A stretch of 64,000 nt of DNA from Trichoplax adhaerens (taxonomy: Eukaryota; Animalia; Placozoa). The stretch's first letter is position 1. Each line of letters begins with the position of its first letter. The stretch lies in the NCBI RefSeq assembly GCF_000150275.1, contig NW_002060947.1:8503284-8567283 (forward strand), written 5' to 3'. Shown here piece after piece: positions 1 to 13,499 of this stretch. A program made the position numbers and the translations under genes. The notes beneath the pieces are model-generated. The model saw nothing but the letters and a program-made list of their open reading frames with translations. It ran no database searches and had not been told where the DNA came from.

Positions 1-402
1 AAAACCGGCTTAGCTATAAAAGCCACCTCGTCTATTAGAAATTAACCAATTTAATATCCTAAAGAGATTCTATCTGTACAGATTAGATACAGTCTAATCC
101 TACTAAGTTTACTGTAACAGTATTAAAATAATCAATGCTTATTAATAGTTTAACAGATGCATATACAGCTATCCTATTAAAACGTTTCCTCTAAACTTAG
201 GAATTGTACTTTGAACCTTAACAACTTGGAAGTGATAGATATAATCCAGTTTAGCTGGTTGTCAACTACTGTTTTAGCCTATGTAATCCTAAATTAAGAA
301 TATCACTGTTAGCGACTAAAATTACAATTAAGGAGACCGCGAAATATATATAGAACGTAACTTAGAAATAAAGTATACATCACGAAGATTACTTTCGTGA
401 CA
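1..402 (-). mobile_element. Partial solo-LTR-like element, inverted homolog of 48621-49262
   Basis: Ends GATTACTTTCGTGACA; its reverse complement matches TGTTACGAAAGTAATC... at 48621. Confidence 0.7.
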
Positions 403-729
403 AAGATACACCCACCTAATGTGTTATTTAATTTGTTTTCAAGCCTATTATAACTCTAATAAATCTCAGAAAACGATCTAAGATTTGATTTAAGTTTATG
501 ATATACTTTGGATGCAACTTATAAGAATAAGACTGTTTTAATATGCTCTGAATGAATCTTGTGTTACCCTAGTGATGAATTAGACCAGATTTGCTACATA
601 TTCGATTTAATTGATAAATCTAATTTTAGCATGAATTCCTAATTAGCACTCCTTATTCCATTAAATTAACAGATTGATCATACAAAATAAATTAAAAAAA
701 CACGTTAATGTCGCAGAATAGTGATAATT

Positions 730-1180
730 TACTCCATTTCTATTCTATTTGAAGTCTATCCAGCAATAACTACAATACTAGATACTGGTACTGAATTATT
801 CATCATTTGCATATTGATTTTTTGCCTATGGTACTACTAATTCATACGCGAATTCAATAATCACTTAGTTGGTTAACTTGAGAACCGTTTATAATATCCA
901 TAACGATAGACTACTTATGACTTCGGACACTGCTGCTAGATAATTTGTTCCAGCATCCTAGTCGATTGCTATATCTACAATAATGTTGTTTTGATCGCAT
1001 ACCCAATCTACATGATCAACAATCAATGTTAATAGTACCGGTAGTTTAACTGAGGCAAATAAAGTGATACTAATCATTCAGAATTTGAATTCTATTCCAA
1101 AAGCAAAGAAGTGTTTTGTTCTATCTTCATGTTAGGAATGCAATGGAATATAAATTATAACCATGCTTAGTAGTAATAAC
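730..1180 (-). pseudogene. TRPM-like relic (MHR1/2 SLOG end)
   Basis: FGIEFKF*(CGA>TGA), VKLPVLLTLIV and YAIKNNIIVDI..NYLAAV resemble TRPM YGxExxLR, KIPIVC and SIKNKIPCVVV..ADVIA. Many stops. Confidence 0.45.
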
Positions 1181-1593
1181 ATTCATCTTTCATCAATAAC
1201 CAACAATAATCCGTTGCCATGTTAGTTGTATTTTCTTTGTGTAATATTCTTTTCAACAGTTTTGTTAGCATAAATTTCAATGCATTGACAAGTTACGTCA
1301 CGAGCGTTGTTTTGCACCCTGTTGATTCTGTTTAATTATTTCAAGCGTTGATTTATTATAAAAAGCATTAAACTTAGAAAGGGAATGGGATAAAAAAATT
1401 AAATAGTCAAATCCTTGTTATTTCATCATATACATCAACAGTTAGTGACACTGCTAATGACTACCTGAGTGCTTTTCCAAATAATCGTTGATGAACCTTT
1501 GCAGATTAGATACACTTCGTAAATCTACTTCGATGGATGATTCAGTGAAAAATTTCTTATGCTAAAGTTATCTAGCCGATTCTAATCAACACC

Positions 1594-4500
1594 ATGTTAC
1601 CTTTTGTAAGAATATTTGCTATCGAATTAAGCCAAACTGAAGAAGTTTATTATCCTGGCCAAGCTATACAAGGGACTGTTATTCTGGTATTAAAGAAAGA
1701 TATTCAAATTTATCGCATTAAAGTTCGCTTATTTGGAAGAGCTAAATCCAGAATACAACATTATGATCGTCGTCAGGATAAATGGAAAACTTATACAGAA
1801 GAAGAAGTTTTCGTCGATGATGCTAAATCCGTATTTGGCCAAGGTTTTTTAATGATGATTTATTCATAGATAATTAGATTCATCGGTAGACATGATATTA
1901 TTAAGCATTTTCCTGCTTGAAATTTCTTTAAGCCGGTAGTCTTCTTAATTTTTATTTTCTTTAAAATGATTTAGTATAAGTTATTTAATTAGGCTTACTC
2001 TACTGTAATTTTCGGATACTTAGCAATTTTAATAGTTAAAATAGGTTAGTTTGCTGTAGGCATAAGATAGTAGACAAATTTTTTCTCTATCATTAACAAA
2101 ATTGACTATTGTCCTAGCGTTGCTATACAAGGATCGGAATTAGAAGTAGTATAAACCAAATATATGAGCAACAAAGTTATTAACAGGTTATAATCATATG
2201 AAGGGCTTCAACATATCAGATTTGATTGGATGATATATGATTATTATCATTGATTTTTGAAATTATGAATAACATAATCTCTATAGCAGCATCTTACATA
2301 CATGGCAATAATGCCATGAAATCTTTTCTGTAAAAGTTTTTTTTTCCAGTAACAATATATCCAGTTTGTGAATTTCGTGGCTTGCGAATTAGGAGTCGGT
2401 AGTGAAATGTGTTGAATTAATTCTGATTTACCTTAATTAATTTCTGAGAAGTAGTGTTAACATGAGACTTAAATGTACACTTTTGCTCTAAATAATTCAT
2501 TTCGTGAAAGAAATGACGCAGCAATATAGCCCTTTTACTTAGCTAAGAATAGAGTTTTATTACATGCTTTCAATCTTTATGAGTGCTGGTTTATTATTTG
2601 AATCATTTAACTGAAGATTTTTTACAAATTTTCTACACAAACTTAGAATCAGCTAAGAAGGAAGAATCAGGAAATACTTTAGAAAAAGGAAGACACGATT
2701 TTCAATTTCATTTTAATTTACCCAATGCCAAACTGCCTTCGTCATATGAAGGTAGTAAAGGCAATAATATTCGCTATTTTATTGAAGCTTGGATCGAAAT
2801 GAAGGAAGAAAATAGCAATCCAATCGTTACGAAAACATTTACTGTGTTAGAATATATTGACTGCAACTTAGTGGATCGAAGAGTAAGTAAGCTTAAATTA
2901 TTATTCAGCTATCCTTTGAATTTCCTCAGTTCAAAATCGTAAACAGGTCAATATTTATTCTGCCCAATATCCTGTTTGGATAGTCGATTCAAAACATGAT
3001 AGTATCGTAAATAACATTAATTTAAAGTACAGATCACTTTAGGTTACAGATTAAATATGATAGTTATTTAAGTGGTACATTAAAAATCTAGTTTTATAGA
3101 CACTGACCTTGTTTTGACTGAGATTTTCCTAAGGCTGTTGTCAATTAATTGTATCTTAGACAACATTCTTTCCCAATTATTTTTTGCAAATAGTGTTAAG
3201 CTTCCGTCATCGTCTGTAGAAAAATAATTTATTTTAATCTTTAGAACTTTTAATTAATCACTATTAGAAAATATGCAATTAATTATTAAGTTAGCTTATT
3301 ACAGTATTATTCTATAACATGAAATCAGTACTGTATAGTCGAGTTACTAATCGTGAGAGAAAATTAAGTTTATAGCTTTTGTCTCTTTATTTCTATCGCA
3401 TCTAATGTAAAATGAAACAGGATTGATTTAGGCTTCATATTAATAGCAATAGTTAAGACTATCCCTTTTGGGATTAAAAATGTACCTTACATTAATTGTA
3501 TCAAAGCTTAAAAAAATATTAGGAAAATCAATGTAACAATTAATAAGCAATACTTTGAAACTTTGTAATAACTCGTAATTATCTAGTACAAAATTCCACA
3601 TGAAAACCTAGATAAATTTATAGCTGGCAAATACTTGTGTAAAGTTAAGTAACTAAACCATTACGCAAAGATAGAAAAGAAAATAATATTCCGCCTTTAA
3701 GAGTTCGAAGCTTAGCAATCTCTTAAATGGAGTGAATTTATGATTCAGTTTTAGTTAGTTGAAAGCATATAACTAGGTTCAGTAAATTAGTACCTTTCTT
3801 TATATCATTGCTCTAAACTTTACGATATTCTTGTCATATCGATGGTAGTAATTAGAAATAAACTACTAAATTATGAAATAAGGAAACAGTAACACTCATA
3901 AAAGCTGTAGAGCAGTTTGTATGCAGGTCAGAAATTTGGACTTTAGTTGCTTAATCCCATTTTTACGCTTACTATACAATTTAGACTCCTTATGCTGTAA
4001 TGGAGGCAGAAAAATATTTTTGCTGTTTCCTTTGCCGCCATGGACCTCTTCGAATTTTAGCATCGCTCGATCGCAAAGCGTATTGTCCAGGCGAAAATAT
4101 TCATCTTCGAGAAATCCAAATCGAAAATAATTCCAATGTGGCTGTTGATGCTGTCAAAATGAAATTAGTTCAGAGTGTCCTATATAAAGCTAGAGGTAAC
4201 TTTATAAGATGATTTAGTATCGACCATAGTTGGGCGTGTGTTTGTGTGAACACAGCAATACGGTAATTCAGACTTTTTTAATTAAAATGGCAGCGATAAC
4301 TTTATAATAGCTATGTCTTATGTTTGATATCTTTTACTAGGTCGACGTAGTAAAGGAGAAAAGATTTATGCTAATAAAAAAACGACACTTCCTTTATCAA
4401 AGGATACGGCTACCTTAAAGAATGAAACTTTAACTATTCCAGCACTACCGCCAACTATTACATCGCGCCCAATTTCAATCAGTTACTTTGTTAAGGTAAG

Positions 4501-5583
4501 GCATTAGTAGAATTTTTACTGCAGTAATTATTTCCGGCTAATCATAGTACCAACTTCTAACTGATTCTTAAGCAGAGCTGTAATAATAGACCAAACATTT
4601 ATTCATATGTAGTAATAGCTGCTATATTTTTATATTATTGTTTTACTCGTTAGATACTCCTACAGCAGTTTGTAAATTAAATCTATTTTTATACAGCTGA
4701 ACCTTATTTATTTCAACTAATAACACAACATGCCATCTTGATACGAAACTTCACTAGCAATATTTATGGCAATGATTTAGGCTATGTTATTTCATACAGT
4801 AAAGTCATGTGCATCCATACTAAGAGTTACAGAATGATTATTACAAATTAATATTGAAGATTAAGCACTCATTTAATTTTACCCAACAATTGTAATTAAT
4901 TCTTTTTACATTAGTGTATATATATCAGTAATTATTGTTATTGATTAATAAAAGCTATCTTTGCAATTTTTCACCTATTCTATGAAAATAGGTCTATTTA
5001 GATATTCCACGAGCATTTGATCTACATTTAACATTTCCAATTGAAATTGCTACCATTCCTATTCAACGTACAAGAAGCATAGTCCATTCACTACTACTAG
5101 ATCCAAATGCTATTAATAACGCTTTGTTATCGTCATCACTAGCATTAAAAGAATCAGAAATGGAGGAAAATGATGCTGATGAAAATGTTATTACAACACA
5201 ACCTAAGCCAGTCTTAGGGCCTATAGCAAAATTTAAAACGAATGATTCTATTGCCTCAGCATTATCCTGTTAGTATGAAATAGCTGATGGTATCAAGGGA
5301 ATTAAAATCATTGTATAATTAATGTCTTGAATAGACTTGAAATTTAAAATCATTGTTGAGATACTGATCTTGTCTATTTCATATTGCAGCTCATCCTCTC
5401 ATTGCAGTTACTCCTTGTGGTGCTACACTTAATTATCAGCCTTGTGTGGATAGAAATCTCTTTATAAAAGATAATTTACAGGATAACTTACAATCTGAAG
5501 ATACTACAAGCATCATTAGCATGGATGATCGATTCATTCCACAATATACATATGTTAAACCAATTAAGCTGGATAATGATTAG
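1594..5583 (+). CDS. Alpha-arrestin (ARRDC/TXNIP-like) protein, 6 exons, ~440 aa
   Basis: Exons 1594-1843, 2647-2882, 3985-4195, 4341-4495, 4992-5268, 5390-5583, all GT-AG and phase-consistent (1323 nt total). Arrestin-N motifs YYPGQAIQGTV, HDFQFHFNLP..LPSSYEG..NIRY; arrestin-C motifs LDRKAYCPGE, IPALPPTI, ISYFVKV, FPIEIATIP; C-terminal FIPQYTYV. Confidence 0.92.
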
Positions 5584-6739
5584 AGAATGAGTGTACAGTT
5601 ATTTATTAATCAAGGCCTATATTATAATAACTTGATCTTACATCTAAACTCTAAAATTCGATAAATTTGAATATTTACTCATTACTGCCAGAGATCTCTC
5701 ATTTGATATTAATTTAAAAGTATATTTTATACTGATGCCACGTAGCGTTAAATTGCGCGTATATTAGAAGTAATAACCTAATTTATTTGATAAGATTTAT
5801 GAGTTATTACTAGCACAACTATAGATTATTAAGCGTTTAAATTGTCATTAAAAGGCATTAAAGGCGGTAACTGAGTTGGCCTTTTTTACGTAACTGATTC
5901 ATCGGATTAAATCATTAGATGCCACATACACATTACTGTTTATGTAATGGATGACTTGGAAATAGGATAGGATAGTGTGCGGTATTATGTCCATATGGCA
6001 CCTTGTAATTGTATTTATTGTCAATGTAATATGTCGCATAGTTTTGACAGTTAAACTTTGCTAATAATGACGTTGCTTATAAGTAAATCTAATGAAAGAA
6101 GATTGCTGTTATATGCCAAGCCAGCATATATAAATAATTACTGATATGATTTAGATAGTTAATCAGAGTATTAGAATAAATCTGGACAAGTTCACACCTG
6201 GTTAGTTTAATTACCTGTGCCAGATATACGATAACATTCTAAAATAGGCCAAAGCACCTATGATAACTATTTAATCTTGAAAAGGAAGCCTATGCTGTGA
6301 ATTTGCTTAAAATATAGGATCACTCTTATTTAATACTAAATTATATTCTCACAAATTAACTCTATGACAACGGGAAAAAAGCAAAAGCCTACGAGTAATC
6401 TAATAACTTAAACGCTCTTTACTAAAAGCAAAGCATACATACAGTAAAGTACACTACAGTCTGAACTTTTATTGGTACGAACCCATTTATAACACTTTCT
6501 TACTAGAACTGCTTCCATTTATATATGAACCATCTAACTTGTAAATAAACACAATACAATCTAATTATTATACCTTTCTAGGGAAAATATCTCGGCCTTT
6601 AATGTTCTTAACAATTCTCAATAGCTTTTCCGTTAATAAATATTTTAACTCATTATTCATACATAGCTTCAATTTATGCGTGATTGCACTTGGGTTAACT
6701 ATGATTAACAAGAAATTAAATCATCTTACTACCGCCTAC

Positions 6740-6940
6740 ACACATTTAATGGATTGCATAGAATAAAGAGTGTTAGTGGGCTTTGGTTGATGATAAAACG
6801 GTAAAGCATAGATACGCTCCTATACCTAGCACTGAGTGTTACCAATAACTATGCTCTCTGATTGTGGCTGATGGAAATTGTTAATACTCTAACCGCTACT
6901 GACATAATTCACAGATAGCCGTAGTTTGAGCTGCTGTTCT
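6740..6940 (-). pseudogene. TRPM-like relic (MHR3 exon)
   Basis: After an AG acceptor: EQQLKLRLSVNYV (cf. QLKLLLEWNQL) and MLYRFIINQSPLTLFILCNPLNVCR (cf. [25 protein letters not shown]). Confidence 0.5.
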
Positions 6941-7101
6941 ATATATAATGAAATATAGTCAGCGCAATTAAATGCGACACTGTACAATTGACTATACAAC
7001 TAACACAGAAATAAAGCTATACTTAAAATCATCACCCTGAAAGCCGGTAATTATGTTTTGTTAAGTCAATTTCACAATCGACGTCAAAAGGAAGTTCATA
7101 G

Positions 7102-8064
7102 CTAGGGTTTCTTAGAAATCATGATGGTTAATATAACAGGATTGACATAGTAGTTGATAAACATGATTAAGAATACAAGAATGGACGAGTGATAAAAAAT
7201 AAATGTATCAGCATTTGATATTATAACATTACTAAGAAATTTCGCGAATGTAAACATCCAACTGAGTACCTCAGTAAGGGCTAAAATTCCAGCTATAACG
7301 CGCAGTCGAACCTGAGCTTTTTTGCCATATTTTATCATGCTATTATCTTTAGGGCTTACTTTTAGTCTTCGTTGTTGAAGGTGCCCAATAAAGATTACAT
7401 ACAAGAGTATAGCGAATAAACAACAAGCAGTTTCAACGATAAATCCAAAAATTACAAAAATCTAAGTTATAGTATCTTCTGGATTTGAATTCCAACAAAT
7501 ATTCGTAAAATTAGAGAAATCATGTGGATCATAAGATTGAGGGGATCGAATGATGCTAACGACCGCAAGTAATGCTACAAGGAGCCTAGTGGAGATAGTA
7601 AGGAAACTGCATCGCTTTTTGGTTAAATGACATCGATATTTATCTTTCATGGTCTTCGTGTATCAATCAATTGCCATAAACAGCGTGTTAAATGCTGGCA
7701 AAGCTGTGGCAATGGAAGCAAAAGATCGAGCCGATAAATATGTAGGATCATGATTGAGGAATTGGTTACGTTGTGGCGTGTTCCCTTTTAGTAACAGCTA
7801 AATAGCTGATCATTCATTATACGGGCCATAGTATTGATCAGCGCTAGCAACAATAAGGAGGTATGTACAGCCAAGTAAATCTACTTGAGCCAGATTAACA
7901 CTAAAATTTTATGAGCCCTATTAAACCCATAAAAGACTCGGTTGTTAAAAGATCTATTTTGAATGGATATAAATATGGCATACGAACGTAATTGAAATTA
8001 TCCCAATCAATCCAAATAGCCATCATAAAACAACTGCTACTATATTGCCTTGAAATATTCCCAT
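7102..8064 (-). pseudogene. GPCR array copy 1, decayed pseudogene
   Basis: Manual translation gives MGIFQGNIVAVVL*WLFGLIG, VNLAQVDLLGCTYLLIVASADQYY, YDPHDFSNFTNICW, RVIAGILALT and INYYVNPV across several frames with stops. Confidence 0.9.
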
Positions 8065-8670
8065 ACCAATTACTTCTTATGTTATTTGGATCAATCTTTG
8101 CGTAGCTAGTGATTGAAACAATTCACTATGTTTGAGTAAATTTATCAGTCAAGTTGGTAAAGATTCGCATGTGCAGTAAATGTAGTCACGCAGAAACCTT
8201 TACTAGTGTGAATATCTAGAAGTTAAATTTGCTAAAGTATGTTAAAAACTTGTAATTGAATAGGATTAGCTACTATTTTGGAAATTTATGGTCTTGGATG
8301 TCATTAAATCCGTTTTTAAACCGTGGCACGTGATATAATGATAGTTCTTTTAGATAAAAGGTAAGAAATAAATATTTTAGGCTATCTTGTCATTGGAGTT
8401 ACAAAAGATAATTCATCACCGTACGAGGCCCCTTCAAAAAGTAATAGGACTGGTTCAATATCTTGAAAATAATTTATTTATTCATCACATTTAATGTTAC
8501 AACCTTCAAAGTAATCACCTACGGCTTTATCGCACTTACTCATAACTTCAGTGGTTCCTACTGTAAGTAACTCATTGTAATTACCTTTTATAAATGCAGT
8601 ATGATCAAAGGCATAGCAGTAAAATAATTTATTAAGAAGATGCATTAGAGATAGTATAATTTTGCAGGCT

Positions 8671-9266
8671 TGTCACGGTACTAACCACTTTGAAGAGTAA
8701 ATGACTAAATTTAGTGTTTAACATTTATATTTGGAGATAACTAATAATGACTTACAGTAAGAACTACGGTAGTTATTATTTTGTAACAGTAAATTATGCT
8801 GTATTGTAGTAAGAGTTCTCGTAAGGCTACGGGTATTAATTGATTATAGTGTTATATCTTGTAACGCTTGTGATGAATATCCTAAAGATATTCAATTATA
8901 GAGGATACCATAAATAATTAATTATGCGTGTGGACATACTGCAGTCTAATAGTCTAGTCCGTAACATAATTATCTAGAATCGTTCAGTATATGTCCCAAA
9001 TTATTAATAATGTCTGCATTAATTTAGTTATCTGATATGAGTTAAATTTCAAGAACTCTTATGACTCATACATGATAGAAGCTGCCGAAGAGTTTATTTA
9101 AGCTCATCAGATAGTTGAATAAAAGAAGAATGATATAGTTGTTTTAGCGTAGAAGCAAAGGCATCTGAATTCTTGTGAGGTAGTTAAGGGATACTGAATC
9201 CCGGAGACTATAGTAATTTAGAGATTTTTTTTTACGTTATCTTTGTCACGAAGCTGGTTTGTGACA
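8671..9266. mobile_element. Solo-LTR-like element (TGTCAC...GTGACA), inverted homolog at ~55188-55756
   Basis: Terminal inverted hexamers and long homology to the 55 kb copy. TSD not clean. Confidence 0.7.
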
Positions 9267-9469
9267 AGAAATTACTCAGTAATGTCTCCAAAAATCTTAA
9301 ATTTATAACAATTGTAGCCTAAAGTGTGTCAGAGTCTAGGATTTTCAGCGAGATAAATACAATTCTAAAAGCTGTTGTTTAATTCGGATAGACGAGATTG
9401 TTTATTCTAATGTTATAATAAAGTCTTTTTGCTATTTATATTTAGTTCAAGTGTTACAAATTCTATTAA

Positions 9470-9790
9470 ATGAATTTAATTTATCATCTTTCAGTTCTAG
9501 ATATCCAATTGGCTTAAAGATAAATGATTTCGTGACACTACTGACACTGATTGTGAATTTTTATAATAAGAAGTTGAATTGATGGTGCTTCAATTTTGAA
9601 TATCTTCAAGTTCATAAAGCTTCAATGTGAAGTTCCTGTTTATTTGTATAATATCTTTATCTTTTGAATTTAATTATGAGAGTACAACGACTTTAACAAC
9701 AATTTCTTATTGAGCCAAATCTAGTAATGATTGAAGACCCAGGATACACTGTATTTCGTACATAAATTTCAAAACCAGAATGACCATTCT
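9470..9790 (-). pseudogene. TRPM-like relic (MHR1 start)
   Basis: YVRNTVYPG, KIEAPSIQLLIIKIH and TKSFIFKP (cf. YVRLSYD, ELPKLVISVH, AKNFALKP), in the expected order. Confidence 0.45.
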
Positions 9791-11579
9791 ATTTTATTCA
9801 TAAAAATGGTGTTACTCATAGCAAGATTAATAGCTAAATTTTGACAATAACTATATGCTAAACCATTACGGAAGTAATTATTTTTAATTTAGCTAAGCGT
9901 AAATGAAGGATATTTGTACGCATAGGAAAAGCTGTAGTTTATCTGATATTTTTACTTAACTTATCGCAACGTATTTTGGTACATATATTTGAAGGATAAA
10001 TCCGATAATTGCTGGAAATTAAAATTTTTAACAATGGGACGACATTGGCCCTTAATTGTTTGACAATGTATTTATATTTCTGTATCGATTCTAGGATTTT
10101 GGCACATTACCGGTATATATTATTATGTTAATTCTTTACAGTAATTTAAGAACAACAACAGCCCTATTTGCAATACGAATTTTTATCGTTTATTGAAGAA
10201 AATTGAATCCAATTCTGAATCAATGTTTATTATAACTGCTGGCTTATCTTAAGAGGTAACGTGAACTACTAAATTAAATTTTTTACTTTCATTGATAAAA
10301 ATTATTTATCCACTAATAAGAAAGTATAAGAGTGCCTGCTAGCATCATTTTCTACACTGAATACTGCTATTTACGACAAAGAATAAATACAGAAACACTT
10401 TTTTTAAATTTGTGGATCAATTGCAATAATAAGAAAAATAAAATTTTAAATATCGTCTGAGTAGGGCTTCATAATCCTATAAAAAACTTTTACGTCGTTT
10501 GTCTCTGCATCAAATTCTATAGTTTAGCTTCCTAAAATATCTCCTAAAATTGTGAATATGGTAGCCAAATAGTGTTAAAGATTATCGAACTTTTAAAAGG
10601 TTCTGACTAATTTACCAAGCATTCGCTAGAATTACCATCTATCTGCAGTTGTTATTAAAATATCATTAATTTATGCATATTTCTATCCAGGTTCAAGTAA
10701 GTAATCCCATTTTTCTAGCTTATGAATTAAACTGGACTGATTAGACCTCCAATAAATCATCATAATGCGTAGTAAGTTTACGAGCACTTCCACAAGTTAT
10801 TCTTTATTGAATTACTAGCTTAATACACGAAGTCCTAGTAACGAAAACAGAATCAAACTATCAAGTAAATTAATAATTGATTCATTGACAAGAAAAGTTC
10901 TAGTAAATTTTACTATCTATAAAAGGCTCTAATAGCGCAGAACAAAGTTCAATCTATAGCCCAATAGATATTACCGCCTGTACATTTTATTCGTACTAAA
11001 AGACGGCCGAAGCTTTAAATATTTATTAATACTAAATTTGATCAATTATTTGTTACGGTGAATAGAATATCATCCTGTTAAGTTTACTACATGAGTAATT
11101 ACTTACATCTAATCTGATTTTGATAATGAATAAATAAATAAATTAAATTTAGAGTATTAGTTTGTTACCATAGATCTTTCAAAAGAGAAATAAAGGTCAT
11201 CAAAATCGATGATTTTGCATTTCTCATGAAATATATTTTGAAAACTCAAAATTTTAATTTTTTAGGAATTGATCAATTTAAAGGAAAAATTTTTAGGTGA
11301 CAATATTATATTATGACCGGTCTGTGGGCTACAAATTATTGCTATATCGTAGTTTGTAATAATAAAAATGCACAACCAATACTGTTTATTATTAGCAGCA
11401 TAATTATTATATTTTGACCGTAGGCTAGGTAATTTTCCTCATTTACTTCGTGTTAGTATTTTAAGGTGAATATTGAAATATCAACGCACAATTATATAAA
11501 CGATTTATACTTGCATTTAAATTGTCATTATGAAAAGTGCTGTAAATAACTTACGTTACTATTTATTTAATGCTAGCTT

Positions 11580-12578
11580 TCAATAACTAGAGCAAATTTT
11601 AACTCTTCCCGATAATAGAAACATGTAACTCACAGGATTCACACAACAGTTGACAAATATCAATAAAAAGGACAAAACAGAAAAATAATAACCGAATTCA
11701 GAGGTCATTATTGGCCAGCGTAGAAACTTGGCTATAAACGAAATTAAAAGTGGTAACCAACTGACTAAATTTGTTATTGCCAGAATACCTGTTACTAATG
11801 TAAGACGTGTTTCAATTCGATTTTGAATGGCAGTAATATTAGCGCAAAAACGAATAACCCTATGCCTAGTGCGACGAATATACTCAATAATCATAACATA
11901 AAGGGCCATGGTGCAAATGTAACTCATAATAATCATAAAAAAAGCCAGAAATGCAAATATCTGAAATATAGGGTCATCTAAATCGGTAAAATAACACAGA
12001 TTAATGATTGTTTTAAAGTTATGTGGATTATGAACTTGATTTGAACGTATGCTGCTAGCAAAAGCCACAAATATTGAAATCAGCCATGCTAATATTGTTA
12101 GGAATGCAATACGCCATTTGGCTAAATTATAACATTTAGGTGTATGAGACTTAACGATATTGCTATATCTATCAATTAATATAAATAATGTCATATAAGC
12201 TGGTAAGTGGGTCGCAATATTAGCTAAAAATCGAGCCAGTGAACAAAAGGGTGTATTTATCCAAATATTAGTAGCATTATGGCACTTATTAGCAAAAACA
12301 CAGCTAAAAATGGAGGAATGGTGAAAAGCATAATAGCGATCTGCACTTGCGATAATTAGCAGGTATATAGCACCAAATAAATCCGCTATAGCCAAATTTA
12401 TAATGAGGATTGTGTGGACTTTGCTATATTTGGTTTTCCTAGCACGTTTTAAAAGAAAATTTTGGAGTGAAATACCGATTACCATAATATTCGCAAAAAC
12501 TCCAACAGTGCCAAAAATCCACGATACCAAAATAGCAGAGAGATTACCTCGAAGTAATCCTATGGCTTCTTCTATCAT
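11580..12578 (-). CDS. GPCR array copy 2, intact intronless class A 7TM receptor (LGR/GRL101-like 7TM, no ectodomain), 332 aa
   Basis: NLAIADL (TM2), ADRYY, DRY (TM3), SWLP (TM6), NCCVNPVSY (TM7); AAAATG start context. Confidence 0.95.
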   Translation of the reverse strand: MIEEAIGLLRGNLSAILVSWIFGTVGVFANIMVIGISLQNFLLKRARKTKYSKVHTILIINLAIADLFGAIYLLIIASADRYYAFHHSSIFSCVFANKCHNATNIWINTPFCSLARFLANIATHLPAYMTLFILIDRYSNIVKSHTPKCYNLAKWRIAFLTILAWLISIFVAFASSIRSNQVHNPHNFKTIINLCYFTDLDDPIFQIFAFLAFFMIIMSYICTMALYVMIIEYIRRTRHRVIRFCANITAIQNRIETRLTLVTGILAITNLVSWLPLLISFIAKFLRWPIMTSEFGYYFSVLSFLLIFVNCCVNPVSYMFLLSGRVKICSSY

Positions 12579-13499
12579 TTTTAAGTCAAAAATTAATTTT
12601 ACGAAAATATTATAAACGAAGCTACCTAAAATGTAAAGCTTTCTTATCCGCTTTTGGATTTAGTTGGTATAATAAGATATGCGTATGTTTTGGCGTTGGT
12701 ACGAGCTGTATATCAAATTTTATGCATTAGTAATTTTCATTATCGTAATGAAGTGACGTCAAGGATAGTCGATGATTGATATAAACTAAGTTTGCTATCG
12801 ATTTAATGACAATACTTCAAATCAAGTTATAGAGTAGAAACGAAAGGACTATGAAAGTAATATTATTTTGTACTCATAGGTAATATCAGTCGTTGACCTT
12901 CCTGGTACAAAGAAAAGCTTACGTCAATCGTTGATAAAGGGTTAGAAGCTGATTATTTTTGAATGCATTAAGCATATGGAATCGCTTATTATAATAAACA
13001 AAGCTTGCAATTCTTAAAAGCTCCTTTGTGAATTTAGATTGAAGTATATACTATCATAAAATTTAATTCATTATTCAAGGGTTTTATATGTAGTGTTCAC
13101 AGTTTTTTATTTTGATCCTTGTAGGGTGATACTGCTGTTAACAGAGGTTAATCTGTTGTATATTTATTTTGCTTGGCTAAGATCAGAAGAAAAACCTGAA
13201 AGACATCATTTAGCTCAAGGCAGTATGTTTCGCTAGCTACAAGTAAATATTTAATATTTAGCTATTTGCCGACATATTTTTATTGTATAGTATCACTATA
13301 GCTTTGCTTAATTAAATTTAAAATTTTTTCGTAGATTAACTCTACCCTAGCCATTGCTTGTCGAATTTACATTTGAAGTAAGGTAACTTCGCCTGCTAAT
13401 TTGTTAACTGATTTCTTGGACAGCTTTATATCGAAATCATTATTTATCTAGAAATTCGACGGGGAATAACCTTCTAAAATTATTGTTTAATCTTCCAAA

